Shown here: positions 12,973 to 24,179 of the stretch, piece after piece | How positions within the stretch are numbered: position 1 is the stretch's first letter | Layout of the letters: each line of letters opens with the position of its first letter | NCBI GenBank assembly: GCA_002269645.1 | Contig: NIVC01001357.1 | Location: forward strand, 173,593-237,592 | Length of the DNA: 64,000 bases | Reading direction: 5' to 3' | From: Macrostomum lignano | Lineage: Eukaryota | Notes under the pieces: model-generated | Seen by the model: only the letters and a program-made list of their open reading frames with translations | Database searches by the model: none | Told to the model about the DNA's origin: nothing | Made by a program: the position numbers and the translations under genes

Positions 12973-13872
12973 TTGTCCTACTGGCGCCTCACTTGTCCTA
13001 CTGGCGCCTCACTTGTCCTACTGGCGCCTCACTTGTCCTACTGGCGCCTCACTTGTCCTACTGGCGCCTCACTTGTCCTACTGGCGCCTCACTTGTCCTA
13101 CTGGCGCATCACTTGTCCTATTGGCGCCTCACTTGTCCTACTGGCGCCTCACTTGTCTTACTGGCGCCTCACTTGTCCTACTGGCGCCTCACTTGTCCTA
13201 ATGTGACGCCCTCCTTGTCCTACTGGCGCCTCACTTGTCCTACTGGCGCCTCACTTGTCCTACTGGCGCCTCACTTGTCCTACTGGCGCCTCACTTGTCC
13301 TACTGGCGCCTCACTTGTCCTAATGTGACGCCCTCCTTGTCCTACTGGCGCCTCACTTGTCCTACTGGCGCCTCACTTGTCCTACTGGCGCCTCACTTGT
13401 CCTACTGGCGCCTCACTTGTCCTACTGGCGCCTCACTTGTCCTACTGGCGCCTCACTTGTCCTACTGGCGCATCACTTGTCCTATTGGCGCCTCACTTGT
13501 CCTACTGGCGCCTCACTTGTTCTGCTGGCGCCTCACTTGTCCTACTGGCGCCTCACTTGTCCTACTGGCGCCTCACTTGTCCTACTGGCGCCTCACTTGT
13601 CCTACTGGCGCCTCACTTGTCCTACTGGCGCCTCACTTGTCCTACTGGCGCCTCACTTGTCCTACTGGCGCCTCACTTGTCCTACTGGCGCCTCACTTGT
13701 CCTACTGGCGCCTCACTTGTCCTACTGGCGCCTCACTTGTCCTACTGGCGCATCACTTGTCCTATTGGCGCCTCACTTGTCCTACTGGCGCCTCACTTGT
13801 CTTACTGGCGCCTCACTTGTCCTACTGGCGCCTCACTTGTCCTAATGTGACGCCCTCCTTGTCCTACTGGCG
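12973..13872. repeat. 20-bp minisatellite (~44 copies)
   Basis: Unit CTTGTCCTACTGGCGCCTCA with recurring variant blocks. Confidence 0.97.
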
Positions 13873-14494
13873 CCCTTTCGTTCAATTTGACGGATGCTGA
13901 GTGCACAGTAAACCAATCAAATGAATTCAAGACTTTTTTTGCTCTTTTTGATGGTGAATAGATTTTAGTGAATTTTTCACAAAATGAAATAATTTATTCA
14001 AAATCTGTCTAATATGCTTTGCAAGGATCCGAGCATTTGCAACCAATGAACGCAAGCGGCGAAAAAATTACAATTCATTTAAGCAATTCAAAATTAAAAA
14101 ATTAATTTCTTTGTACTATGCCGCCTTTACTATTTAATTGATTGAATTCGTTGAAGCACTCGTCACAATCTCCGCTATTCTCGGACAGGAGGTACTAATT
14201 AATTAATTAATAATGATAAACTAAAAATGAAATTGCCAACTTGTTCGACTCTTCGACTTTTTTATTACTTTTTTTAAAAATACGTTTTTTGTTTTACCCT
14301 CTACTTTTATGAGTATCATAAATAGATAGATACAGTAGTTGATTCTGCACATCAACTGCACAAATCTCTCTTTAGGGTTTTTTCGAGTTCCGGATTCGTA
14401 TTTGATTACGGAATCTTTTTTAGTTTTACTTTGATGATGCTGACGTATGTCTGTTTTATGCTTTTTCAAGTCCACAATTAAGCTGGGAAAATAG

Positions 14495-14705
14495 ACAGTG
14501 ACATAGGGAGAGAGTGACAGAGGGGAGAGTGAAGGAGAAAGTGACAGAGATGGAGAGTGACAGAGGGGAGAGTGGGGGTGGAAATTGGAGAAAGGTAGAG
14601 AGCGAAAGATGCGGAGAGAGTGTGAGAGAGAGAAGGGGAGAGGGGAGAGTGACAGTGAGAGCAACAGAGAGGAGATTGACAGAGAAGTAGAGTGACAGAG
14701 GGAGA
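14495..14705. repeat. GA-rich low-complexity tract
   Basis: Purine-only runs with GAGTGACAGA motifs. Confidence 0.85.
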
Positions 14706-16128
14706 GTTATCTCAGATCGCAACTGCAAGTTACGCAACTGGAATCCCGCGCGGGGAACGGCATTATATATTTAATTGCACACATACATGTAGATCGCGGA
14801 GTGACACAGTACATGTATAGGTTAAAACATAGACCCTATGCAGCCCAGCGCTGTACAGTGCAGTGGCTGTCGCTATCGAATGCGACGGAACGGGAGGCAC
14901 GAGAGAAATTTGCTCAATCATGATTCAGCTATAGCTAAGGGTTTTGCTCGCGACGCCTTGTTAATTGTAATAACCGAGGCGGAGTCAATATTTTGTGTGC
15001 AGTCAAACTCTTACACTCCCCGGCAACGCCTCCTGGGCGCGCTATATCCACCCCGTCTACTCTGCAACTAATCATGCCAAACCAACCAACCAGTCGCTGT
15101 GTACACTGACTGGTACGCGGACGCACTGCAAACTATAGGTACATTTAAAATTTAATACATCTCTAAAGAACCATTTAAAAGACTTGTTGAGATATGAAAC
15201 CTATAAAACATAGTAAAATTAATCACTATTTCATTATTTATGAAATATAAATAATATTTTAATGATACCTCAGCTTTAAGTCAATAGAGTAGTGGTATTT
15301 GTTAAACATAATGCCTTTTATGCGCTAAATTTTTGAATTAAAAAACCGTAGAAAACTTCGTAGAAAAACATTTAAAATAGAAGCGAAAATCAGTCAACGG
15401 GCCACACAGTGCTAGCACAACAAAAGTAAATAAAGGCTGAGGCTGATATGAAGAGTTAAGACGTCTTTATAAAATATCCCTAAAAGATTGCCTGACTGCT
15501 TTCCTTGTCTTTGAACGTCAATTTTATTACCGTTTTCCTTTTCTCCTTCATAATGGTTGGCAACACACTTTGCTGGATTGGACCAATAAGGCGGGCAGTT
15601 TGTGCATTGCCTAGTACTGCCTCGTTGTGTCCTAGAATCATCACAAGTGGTTTAAATTTCTGTAAGTAATTTTCATTAAATTTGAAAATATATATCTTCA
15701 ACAATAAAGTAAATAAGTTGTTAAAGCCTAACAATTTTCTTCTAGATTTTACACATTTCCCATAGCCTTAGGTTTAGTCTAGTCTTCTAGGTTCTAGATA
15801 GACTCTTTCATAATTAAAATAATATCATATGCTATTTGGCAAGTTTTTTAAAAATTAAAACCTTAAATATTTGTCTTAAATTTAGCTTTATTTATGACAT
15901 ATACTATAAGTCTATTGTCTATATCATTTAATTATATAAATAATAAACATAGTAAATCCTACTTGCTAGGTAGATCCTTCAAAGTGATTACAGTCAGTTT
16001 GGTGATAAGACATTTTGGCAACAGTAATTTTGGTTACAAGAAAAGATCCCTCTGTGATAGCTATTGTGGTTTCAAGTAGAAAATTATTTTGCTAATCTTA
16101 AATAGTATAAAATCTACGCCACACTTAG

Positions 16129-16471
16129 AGACACGGTGACCGTGTCTATAATGCAAAAACTTATAGACATGGTGGCCGTGTCTCTAAATAGTGACTAGGT
16201 CCATACTTATAGACACGGCCGCCATGTCTCTAAGTTTCTACATTATAGACACAGCTGCCATGTCTATACTAAGTATGGACCTAGTCACTATTAGAGACAT
16301 GGTCGCCATGTCAATAAAACTTGCATGGCAGCCGTGCCATTAATATTGAATGGGTTCACACTTAGAGACATGGTGGGTGACTGTGTCATTAATATTGACT
16401 AGGTTCACACTTAGAGACACGGTGGGTGGCTGTGTCTCTAATATTGGAGCTTAAAGGCACGGCTGCCATGT
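16129..16471. repeat. Array of ~9 short palindromic motifs nested in a larger fold-back
   Basis: AGACACGG-TGA-CCGTGTCT and variants every ~35-50 bp; spacer 16189-16209 is the perfect reverse complement of 16270-16290. Confidence 0.8.
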
Positions 16472-16741
16472 ATACAATCATCAATCGGATGAAAAAAAGA
16501 GAAAAGTTGTCAGGGAGTTTTTTAACTTGAAAGTTTTTAAAAATTAAAATAAATTTTTAAGAGTAACACAAAATCTTTAAGTGTGGCCGCAATTATACTA
16601 TGAAAAAAAATTCTTTCGATACATATTGGCTACACTTTAAAATTTAATTTATTATTTTATTTTATTTAAAAACCTAAAAAAATTCAAGGTGAAAAAATTT
16701 CTATTTGCTAAAAAATTTCTAATTAAAAAATCTCCAAGCCT

Positions 16742-16812
16742 TGGCTTGGGGTTTCAAACCCCTGTTACTCAAAATCACAAGGCAATTGACATATCCACTG
16801 AGCCACCAATTG
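16742..16812 (-). other. tRNA-derived (SINE-head-like) segment
   Basis: Minus-strand A-box TGGCTCAGTGG (16795-16805) and B-box GGTTTGAAACC (16750-16760) at tRNA spacing; cloverleaf not intact. Confidence 0.45.
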
Positions 16813-18169
16813 CTTGTGAGATAGACCTATAGAACATGCATTTTATATCGATGATTATTGCCGTGCCCATAAGCTCAAATATTATAGACAGTTGCCATGC
16901 CTATAAGTACTCCATAAAATCTATAGCTATAATTTCAGAGGTTTTCTAAAACAGTAAAGTGTTGCTTCATTTAATTTTGTTTATTTATTATTACATATTA
17001 GCAATCTTGTTGTATTTGTATGTTTTCCAAATTTAATGACTATTTTTTTATGCTTTTCTCAATGGGAATTTTATATGGTAGATCTTTTATGTTTATATCT
17101 AAACAAGCTGTTGAAACCTGTGGATTTTGAACCTAGGGAATTCCAACCCTTGGAACTTTTTTGCATGTATTCTAAAATATGAGGCTATATTCAAACAAAA
17201 ACTTGTCAATAATTAGTAGGATAGAAGAAATAAATATATGATAGAATATATTCGTATAAAATTAGGATTTAAGGCAAACATTTGATATTTTTGGGTAGGG
17301 TGCTACACAGAATGTCACACAATGTTTGTCTGATTCTAAAACATGTATTGGCAAACTCTAGCCTATGTTTGACTTAGTGATGGATTCAAATATTCAGATT
17401 TCTAAAAAAGTGTCAGTTTTTTTTAAATCCAAATGTTTTGGATTTGGAAATTTTATTTTCTGAATTTCCAAATGTGCTTCTGAATAGGAAAAAATCAAAA
17501 AAACAAAACAAAATTATGCAAACATAAAAAAATACCTTACTTTTTTTAAAAAGAAAGTTAATTTTAAAAATGAGAATGCAAAATTTAACATTATATATTT
17601 CATTTTTACAATTGTCAGTTTTTTCAGTAACATTTTTAAAGTGCTATTAAGTTAGTTTACTTAACTTTGGGACCTTTGAGGTATTCAATCTAAAGTTGCA
17701 AAAACATTTTTAGGTAATCATTGTTTAAGTGTAATCATTACTTTGTTTTTTTCAAGATGCCAATGCAATAGACTTTGTGTGCACTGTAGACAGTAAAGTT
17801 ATTAAATTGCACAAATGTAATGTCAGTTAGTATTAGTAATTGGAATTAGTTAGATTAGATATATAATTATAAGAATTAAGTTCAATTCTAAGTTCAATTC
17901 AATTCAGATGCTAGATAGATATAGAATAGCCTGAGATAGATTGAATCTTGTCAGTAAATTAATTTATAGCACTAATATGATTGCTAATAGATGACGAGGC
18001 ATTTTTGTCACTGAAAATGTCATAGTTACTCCCACCATTTACACTTCACTTATATTCAAATATTTGGATTCGAATTTGGTTTTGGAAACTTGCAAAAATC
18101 TACATTTGGTCCATCACTAGTTTGACTTTTCCTATGTTCCTTGGATCATTTGAAACTTCTATCTTCTAT

Positions 18170-18370
18170 TTTGTTTCTTTTCTTCTCTCTCGTCCTTCAT
18201 CACTATATTTTTATCTCTCTCTTCTCATCTTTTCTCTTTTTTTTCTCTCTTCTCTCTCCTCTTTTCTCATATCTTCCCTTATCTCTCTTTTCTTTTATCT
18301 CTCTTATCTTATCTCTTCTCTCTTCTTTTCTCTTTCCTCTCCTCTCTCCTCTCTATTCTTTTCTTTCTCT

Positions 18371-18432
<62 letters not shown>

Positions 18433-19150
18433 CTTTCATCTCCCCTCTCTCTCTTCTCCTCTCTACTCTTTCCCCTCTCCATTCTCCTCTTTCCTCTCCT
18501 CTCTTCTCACTCACTTCCCTCTCCCTTTGTCTCTTTTCTCTTCTCTCATCTCTGTAATATTTTCTCTTATCTCTTATCTTTCCTACATTCTCTCTATTCT
18601 CCCATCTCTCGTCTGTTCAGTATTGTCTCTGCTCTCTCACCCCCTTTTCATATATCATCTTTACTGTTTTATATGTTCTCTCACCTCTCTCCTTTGTACT
18701 ATTTTCTTTCTCCTCTTTTGACTTCTTACTTTCCTTTCTCCTTTCTTTTCTCTCTCTTCTCTCTTCTATACTCTCTCCACTTTCTTCTCTCATTTATCTT
18801 TTATCTTTCATTTCTCATCACTCTTTACAACTCTCTTATCTCTACAACCTTATTTCTTCTCTCTTCCCTTTACTCTATCATCTCTCCTTTTACCTCTTTC
18901 CTCTCTCCCTGCTCTCCACTCTCCTATCTCTTCTCTCCTCTCATCAGCAGCTCTCTGCTCCCTCATCTTTACTCTCTTCTGTCTCCTCTCCTCTTCTTGC
19001 TGCTCTCTACTCTCTCATCTTGCTTCTCCTCTCTCCCCTCTCTCATTGTCATTCACACCTTTAATTCTTATTATATTCTATCTTTTCACTTATCCCTTCT
19101 CTCACCTCTCCTCTTTTCAAATGGTCTATTCCTTCTTCTTTGCACTCTCA
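18170..19150. repeat. ~1-kb CT-rich polypyrimidine tract including a perfect (TC)n
   Basis: Almost only C/T, with a pure TC run near 18378-18428. Confidence 0.9.
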
Positions 19151-19584
19151 TTTGCCCCTCAGCCATGAGCTGGATTATTTATCTGGCCTTTGAGGTAAAA
19201 GTCTGCTAATCCCTGCTTGGAAAGCCAGTTTGTGGGACGTAGTACTCTCATGGTTGTTCTCATGCTTTGATCATGTTATCTTTCTTGCCAATCTGCAGCC
19301 CTAAAAGGATTTTGTGTATCTTCAGCTCCAATGCAGTCTTTACTTATTCTTTAAGTACTTTAAAAAGAAACTTAAAATTTCTATGGTGTGACTAGTTTAG
19401 TAGGGTTGTATTATATTGCATTGCCTTTTCATAAGTCTTTCACTTTTAAAAAACCATGCTGGATTGCCTTGATTTGCCAATTGCCATCTCCTGTTAAACT
19501 GTTGCAGAGTTTGCCAATACAGAGGGCAGTGGTTTGAATTCCTCACTAAACTGTTATGGCTAAATGTAGTTTCTCTATGGGGCG

Positions 19585-19688
19585 TTTCTATTGGCAACAC
19601 ACACATGTAAGTCGCTATTGGTTGAGAGCAGTCACGTGACCACTATTCCATCCAATAGCAACTTACATGTGTGTGTTGCCAATAGAAA
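19585..19688. mobile_element. 104-bp palindromic MITE-like hairpin with central E-box
   Basis: 37-bp arms (19585-19621, 19652-19688) with one mismatch; GTCACGTGAC at 19631-19640 in the loop. Confidence 0.65.
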
Positions 19689-20973
19689 TGGCCGGGTGAA
19701 TCCCTAGGTTGCGCCCAAGCATGTATGGGGTGCAGAGAAGGCTATAGATAAAGCTATTCCAAAACACTGTACATTCGCTATGTACATTCAGCCCTATCGC
19801 CTGACCCTTGGTCTGGATCTGGGGGAATAAGCAAGTGAGTGGCACAAACAACAGGAAAAGCAGACAAACTTCACATGCTTACAGTTTCTGTTCCAATTGA
19901 GTTACAGAGTTGAATCTTTACATTTAGACTGAGAATGAGTCAATGAAAAATTGTGTCAAGTTTGAAGCCAATTGCTTCATGTGGAGCAAACTTATGGCAG
20001 CCAAAATTTAGTCAATTTTACAAACCCTTTTACATATCAGGGCCCAGATTAGGAAAGAGAAGCAGGCAGGCAGAGGTTGTGGTGGCTATCTTGCTAACAA
20101 AAAATAGTTCAACTTTAAAAGTGCACAGCGCCATTTTGGGGTTAACTTTGAAACTATTTTATAGAATTTTTGAAAAATAGACCTAAAATCATAAATCTAG
20201 TTACAAAATAACTATATCCATAGTCTTGATCATGCTGGGTGCATGCCCAAACAAAAATTGAAAGAGTTACATATGTATGCCAAAAAGAAATTATAGCAAA
20301 AAACTGATATACACAAACTTTTGTTTTAATGCATTATTAGCAAGCTTAAAAGCCAGAAAATTTAATATGTACACTAACAATAACTCTTTCACCTGATTAT
20401 ATGAAGTGCATGCCAGGTGTGGATGCACACTATTTTTTTAAGAGTCGTGCCCACCAACTGTGCACCTCTAAATTTAGGCGTGCAAACAAGGCCAATACAT
20501 GCTAGAATTTTTGGGAATATACTACATGATCCGGAGTGTGGCTATATATTGATATTATGAAGTGCCTTTTGTCACTAAAATAACCAAATTATGAAATCAT
20601 ACATACCCTGTATTTCCTCTGCTCTCTTTTTTCATCTCTTCTTGTATCTTATTTCCCCTTTTATCTGTTGTCTCCCCTTTTTATCTCTCATCTGTTCTTT
20701 TCTCTTTCTTTATCTTATTTTATCTCATCTTGCCCATAGCAATGCTATAGATTCTTTATTTGGCCTTTCTCTTTATCTAGTTTGCCAGCCCTACTTTCAA
20801 AGATGAATTCGTTTTTGTTTTATTAAATACAATTAAAATAATGGGTTAAGCAAAAAACTACTTTTTAATGATTAAGAATCAAGATTCATATATAAAATTG
20901 TATAAGCACCTTCTCTTTAATCTGTTCCTATTGTAACATTGTGATGAGCTGAATTTTGCTTTTTAACTTTCAG

Positions 20974-22836
20974 CAATTCCAATCCGCCAAGGGCATTGGT
21001 TTACAAAGTACTATAGCTGGAAATGGATGACCCGACCAATATCTGAGGAGGTGTTAGAGAAATATGGTAAGCTATAATTTATTTTAATAATTCATGAGTA
21101 TGTTCAGCTGGGAAGCAATACTCACCATTTATAATATTTTGCATGTTGCAATTTGCAGAGGATAGGGCTAAAGTAAAGCTGCCGAAGGGTAGTTCCGCTC
21201 CAGCTCTGCTGCGCAAGTATCTAGATGAGTAAGATTGCTCAATTATTTGTTTGTCAATTGCATTTATTAGGCACTTGAATATATCATTATTAATGACTCA
21301 CTTTCAGGAGTGTGCCACAATCTGTCAAAAACATCCACTCGTTTGAGTTCATGAATTTTGTAGGTATTTCTGTTTTATTTCCTGTATTCCTTATTAATAA
21401 GGTTAGTTTTTAATATTAAAGTATGATATGTATCTCACTGTTGTAGGAGGCCGCTGTGTCCGATGTAATCAGGGAGAAAGCCATTGAACTGGGACTTGAC
21501 CCTGCCCAGGAATCTACTGCCAACGAGAGTAAGAGTGCATTGGATTGAGTTAAATTTGAGTTCATTTTTGGCTGTAGAAATGGGAACTAGTTTGGTATTG
21601 TGATTAGGGTCTGAATTGGGTGAAGAATGAGGATTTGGGATTAAATCGGGTGAATAATGAGGATTTGGGATTAAATCGGGTGAATAATGAGGATTTGGGA
21701 TTGAATTAGGTGAATAATGAGGATTTGGGATTGAATTGGGTGAATAATGAGGATTTGAGATTGAATTAGGTGAATAATGAGGATTTGGGATTAAATTGGG
21801 TGAATAATGAGGATTTGGGATTAAATTGGGTGAATAATGAGGATTTGGGATTGAATTGGGTGAATAATGAGGATTTGGGATTGAATTGGGTGAATAATGA
21901 GGATTAGGGATTAAATTGGGTGAATAATGAGGATTTGGGATTAAATTGGGTGAATAATGAGGATTTAGGATTAAATTGGGTGAATAATGAGGATTTGGGA
22001 TTAAATTGGGTGAATAATGAGGATTTGGGATTGAATTGGGTGAATAATGAGGATTTGGGATTGAATTGGGTGATTAATGGGGATTTGGGATTAAATTGGG
22101 TGAATAATGAGGATTTGGGATTGAATTAGGTGATTAATGGGGATTTGGGATTGAATTGGGTAAATAATGAGGATTTGGGATTGAATTATTATATATTATG
22201 GATGAGATTGGAGGCCCATGATGCAGTTGTTAAGTGAGATCCTAGAGGCTGAGTTTCTCCCCAATCCCCCCCCCCGCAGTCGTCCGCCTTACCGTGCGCA
22301 TCCGGGTGCAGCGCGAGCAGATGTCCAAGAAGAATTCGGCAGTGCTGGAGCGCAATCTGTTGGCCATGCTGGACAGGCGGCGCCACCTGATCGAGGTGCT
22401 CCGCTCCGAGGATTATGCCCAGTTCCTGCGCCTGGTCTCCGGCCTTGAGCTCAACTTCGCGCATAAGCCACGGCCGAACGAGGCGGAGCCGCCAAAGCCG
22501 GGCTTCCCCAGCCGGCTGGCCGAGACTCGCGACCGCTGCAGGCGGCTTCGCCAGCGCCGACTGGCCGAGCTGGCCGACCGGACCGAGGCGGCCAAGGCCG
22601 AGTTCGAGCAGCGACGCCAAAAAGAACTAAAAGATGCGGCTGAGAAGCTGGCTAGCCTGGGGCTGACCCTGGAACAGGTGCTAGACGAGGTGTACGCGGA
22701 TAGGCGAGCCCGGGCTGAGACCGACTTGCTGGAGGACCAGCTGCACTGGTACTACGGCGAGCAGCGGGAGCATCTTAAATACGTTGCCAAGCTGGCCGAG
22801 AAGGCTAAGGCCGCTCAGACTCGTGGCCGCAAGTAG
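20974..22836 (+). CDS. MRPS15: Mitochondrial small-subunit ribosomal protein S15 (uS15m); exons 20974-21066, 21159-21228, 21308-21359, 21447-21528, 22280-22836; 5' exon(s) not resolved
   Basis: GT-AG exons join in phase; S15 core ANEIVRLTVRIRVQREQMSKKNSAVLERNLLAMLDRRRHLIEVLRSEDYAQFLRLVSGLEL plus a charged helical C-tail typical of invertebrate uS15m. Confidence 0.85.
21620..22186. repeat. 30-bp intronic minisatellite (~19 copies)
   Basis: Unit GGGTGAATAATGAGGATTTGGGATTAAATT in the last MRPS15 intron. Confidence 0.97.
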
Positions 22837-22909
22837 GGATTTTTAATGCGGGATAATTGTTAGATTTAGGATTTCACTGCGCGATTGCCTGTGTGCTATT
22901 TTATTGCAG

Positions 22910-23480
22910 AAATCCCGAAACTGAGAATCCCAATCCCGACTATGAAAATCCCAATCTCGAATCTGAGAATCCCGAATCTGAGAATTCCAATCCCAACTAT
23001 GAGAATCCCAATCCCAAATATGAGAATCCCAATTCCAACTATGAGAATCCCAATCCCAAATATGAGAATCCCAATCCCGACTACGAGAATTCCAATCTCG
23101 AATCTGAGAATCCCAATCCCAAATATGAGAATCCCAATTCCAACTATGAGAATCCCAATCCCAAATATGAGAATCCCAATCCCGACTACCAGAATTCCAA
23201 TCTCGAATCTGAGAATCCCAATCCCAATCCCAAATATGAGAGTCCGACTCCGAATCCCAACTATGAGAATCCCAATCCCAAATCTGAGAATCCCAATCCC
23301 GACTATGAGAATCCTAATCTCGAATCTGAGAATCCCGAATCTGAGAATTCTAATCCTAACTATGAGAATCCCAATCCCAATCCCAAATATGAGAATCCCA
23401 ATCCCGACTATGAGAATTCCAATCTCGAATCTAAGAATCCCAATCCCGAATCTGAGAATCCCAATTCCAAATCTGAGAAT
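22910..23480. repeat. Complex minisatellite of 15/21/27-bp units built from AATCCC hexamers
   Basis: GAGAATCCCAATCCCAAATAT-type units; reads (ENPNPxY)n in one frame. Confidence 0.9.
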
Positions 23481-24179
23481 GCCATTGTTCCAAATAGTGG
23501 TTAGCCAGCATTCTATAACCTAGATCTAAGTTTCCCGATTTTAAAATTCCTACTTATAGTAGACTAATGGGTTTTCACAGAATGCACAGTCCGGCAAGAA
23601 ATTGTCGGCTGACCAGAATAGTGTTTATAAATTTCACGCAGCTCTAATGTGTTGTTTTTTATTACTTAAAATAAACCTGGACACCTCTTGCTGCAATATT
23701 TGCGTCCTAGTTGCCGTTTTTTGAAATTTAATACATCTATATTGTTTTGAATATAAATCTTTTCTCTCGACTGTCGTGAAGGTCAGGTCGCGCAGAGGCT
23801 AAAATAGGTATTTATATAGACTTCAGCTCTGTATATATATTGCCTGAAAATGACTGATTGACGGGCAAAACTCCGCCTAGCCTTCAAGTCACCCGCCAGT
23901 GCAGTGCTTGCACAATGATTCCCCTTCGATGTAGTTGGGTAAACTGTTAAAGTCGGCTCCTTGGGGTTCGTCGGGCTATTTTTATCATCTAGATAAGGAA
24001 ATGATAACCGGAACAAGATTAATTCATTTATGATGCCGCTTTCAGGATTGAGATAGGAAGTTTGTTAGAAGGGACTGCTGGCTTTTAGTTGTCTGTGTAA
24101 CTGGCATCGTGTATGTGCAAATGATAAGTAGGAAAGCAATGACGATGTTCACTGAAGGGTCAAATGTAATAACGGATGT

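Noticed and set aside
16129-16471. CRISPR array
   Set aside because: Eukaryotic context, degenerate repeats, spacers are inverted copies of one another, no cas genes.
18122-19209. Leu/Ser/Phe-rich apparent membrane proteins
   Set aside because: Artefact of the CT-rich tract.
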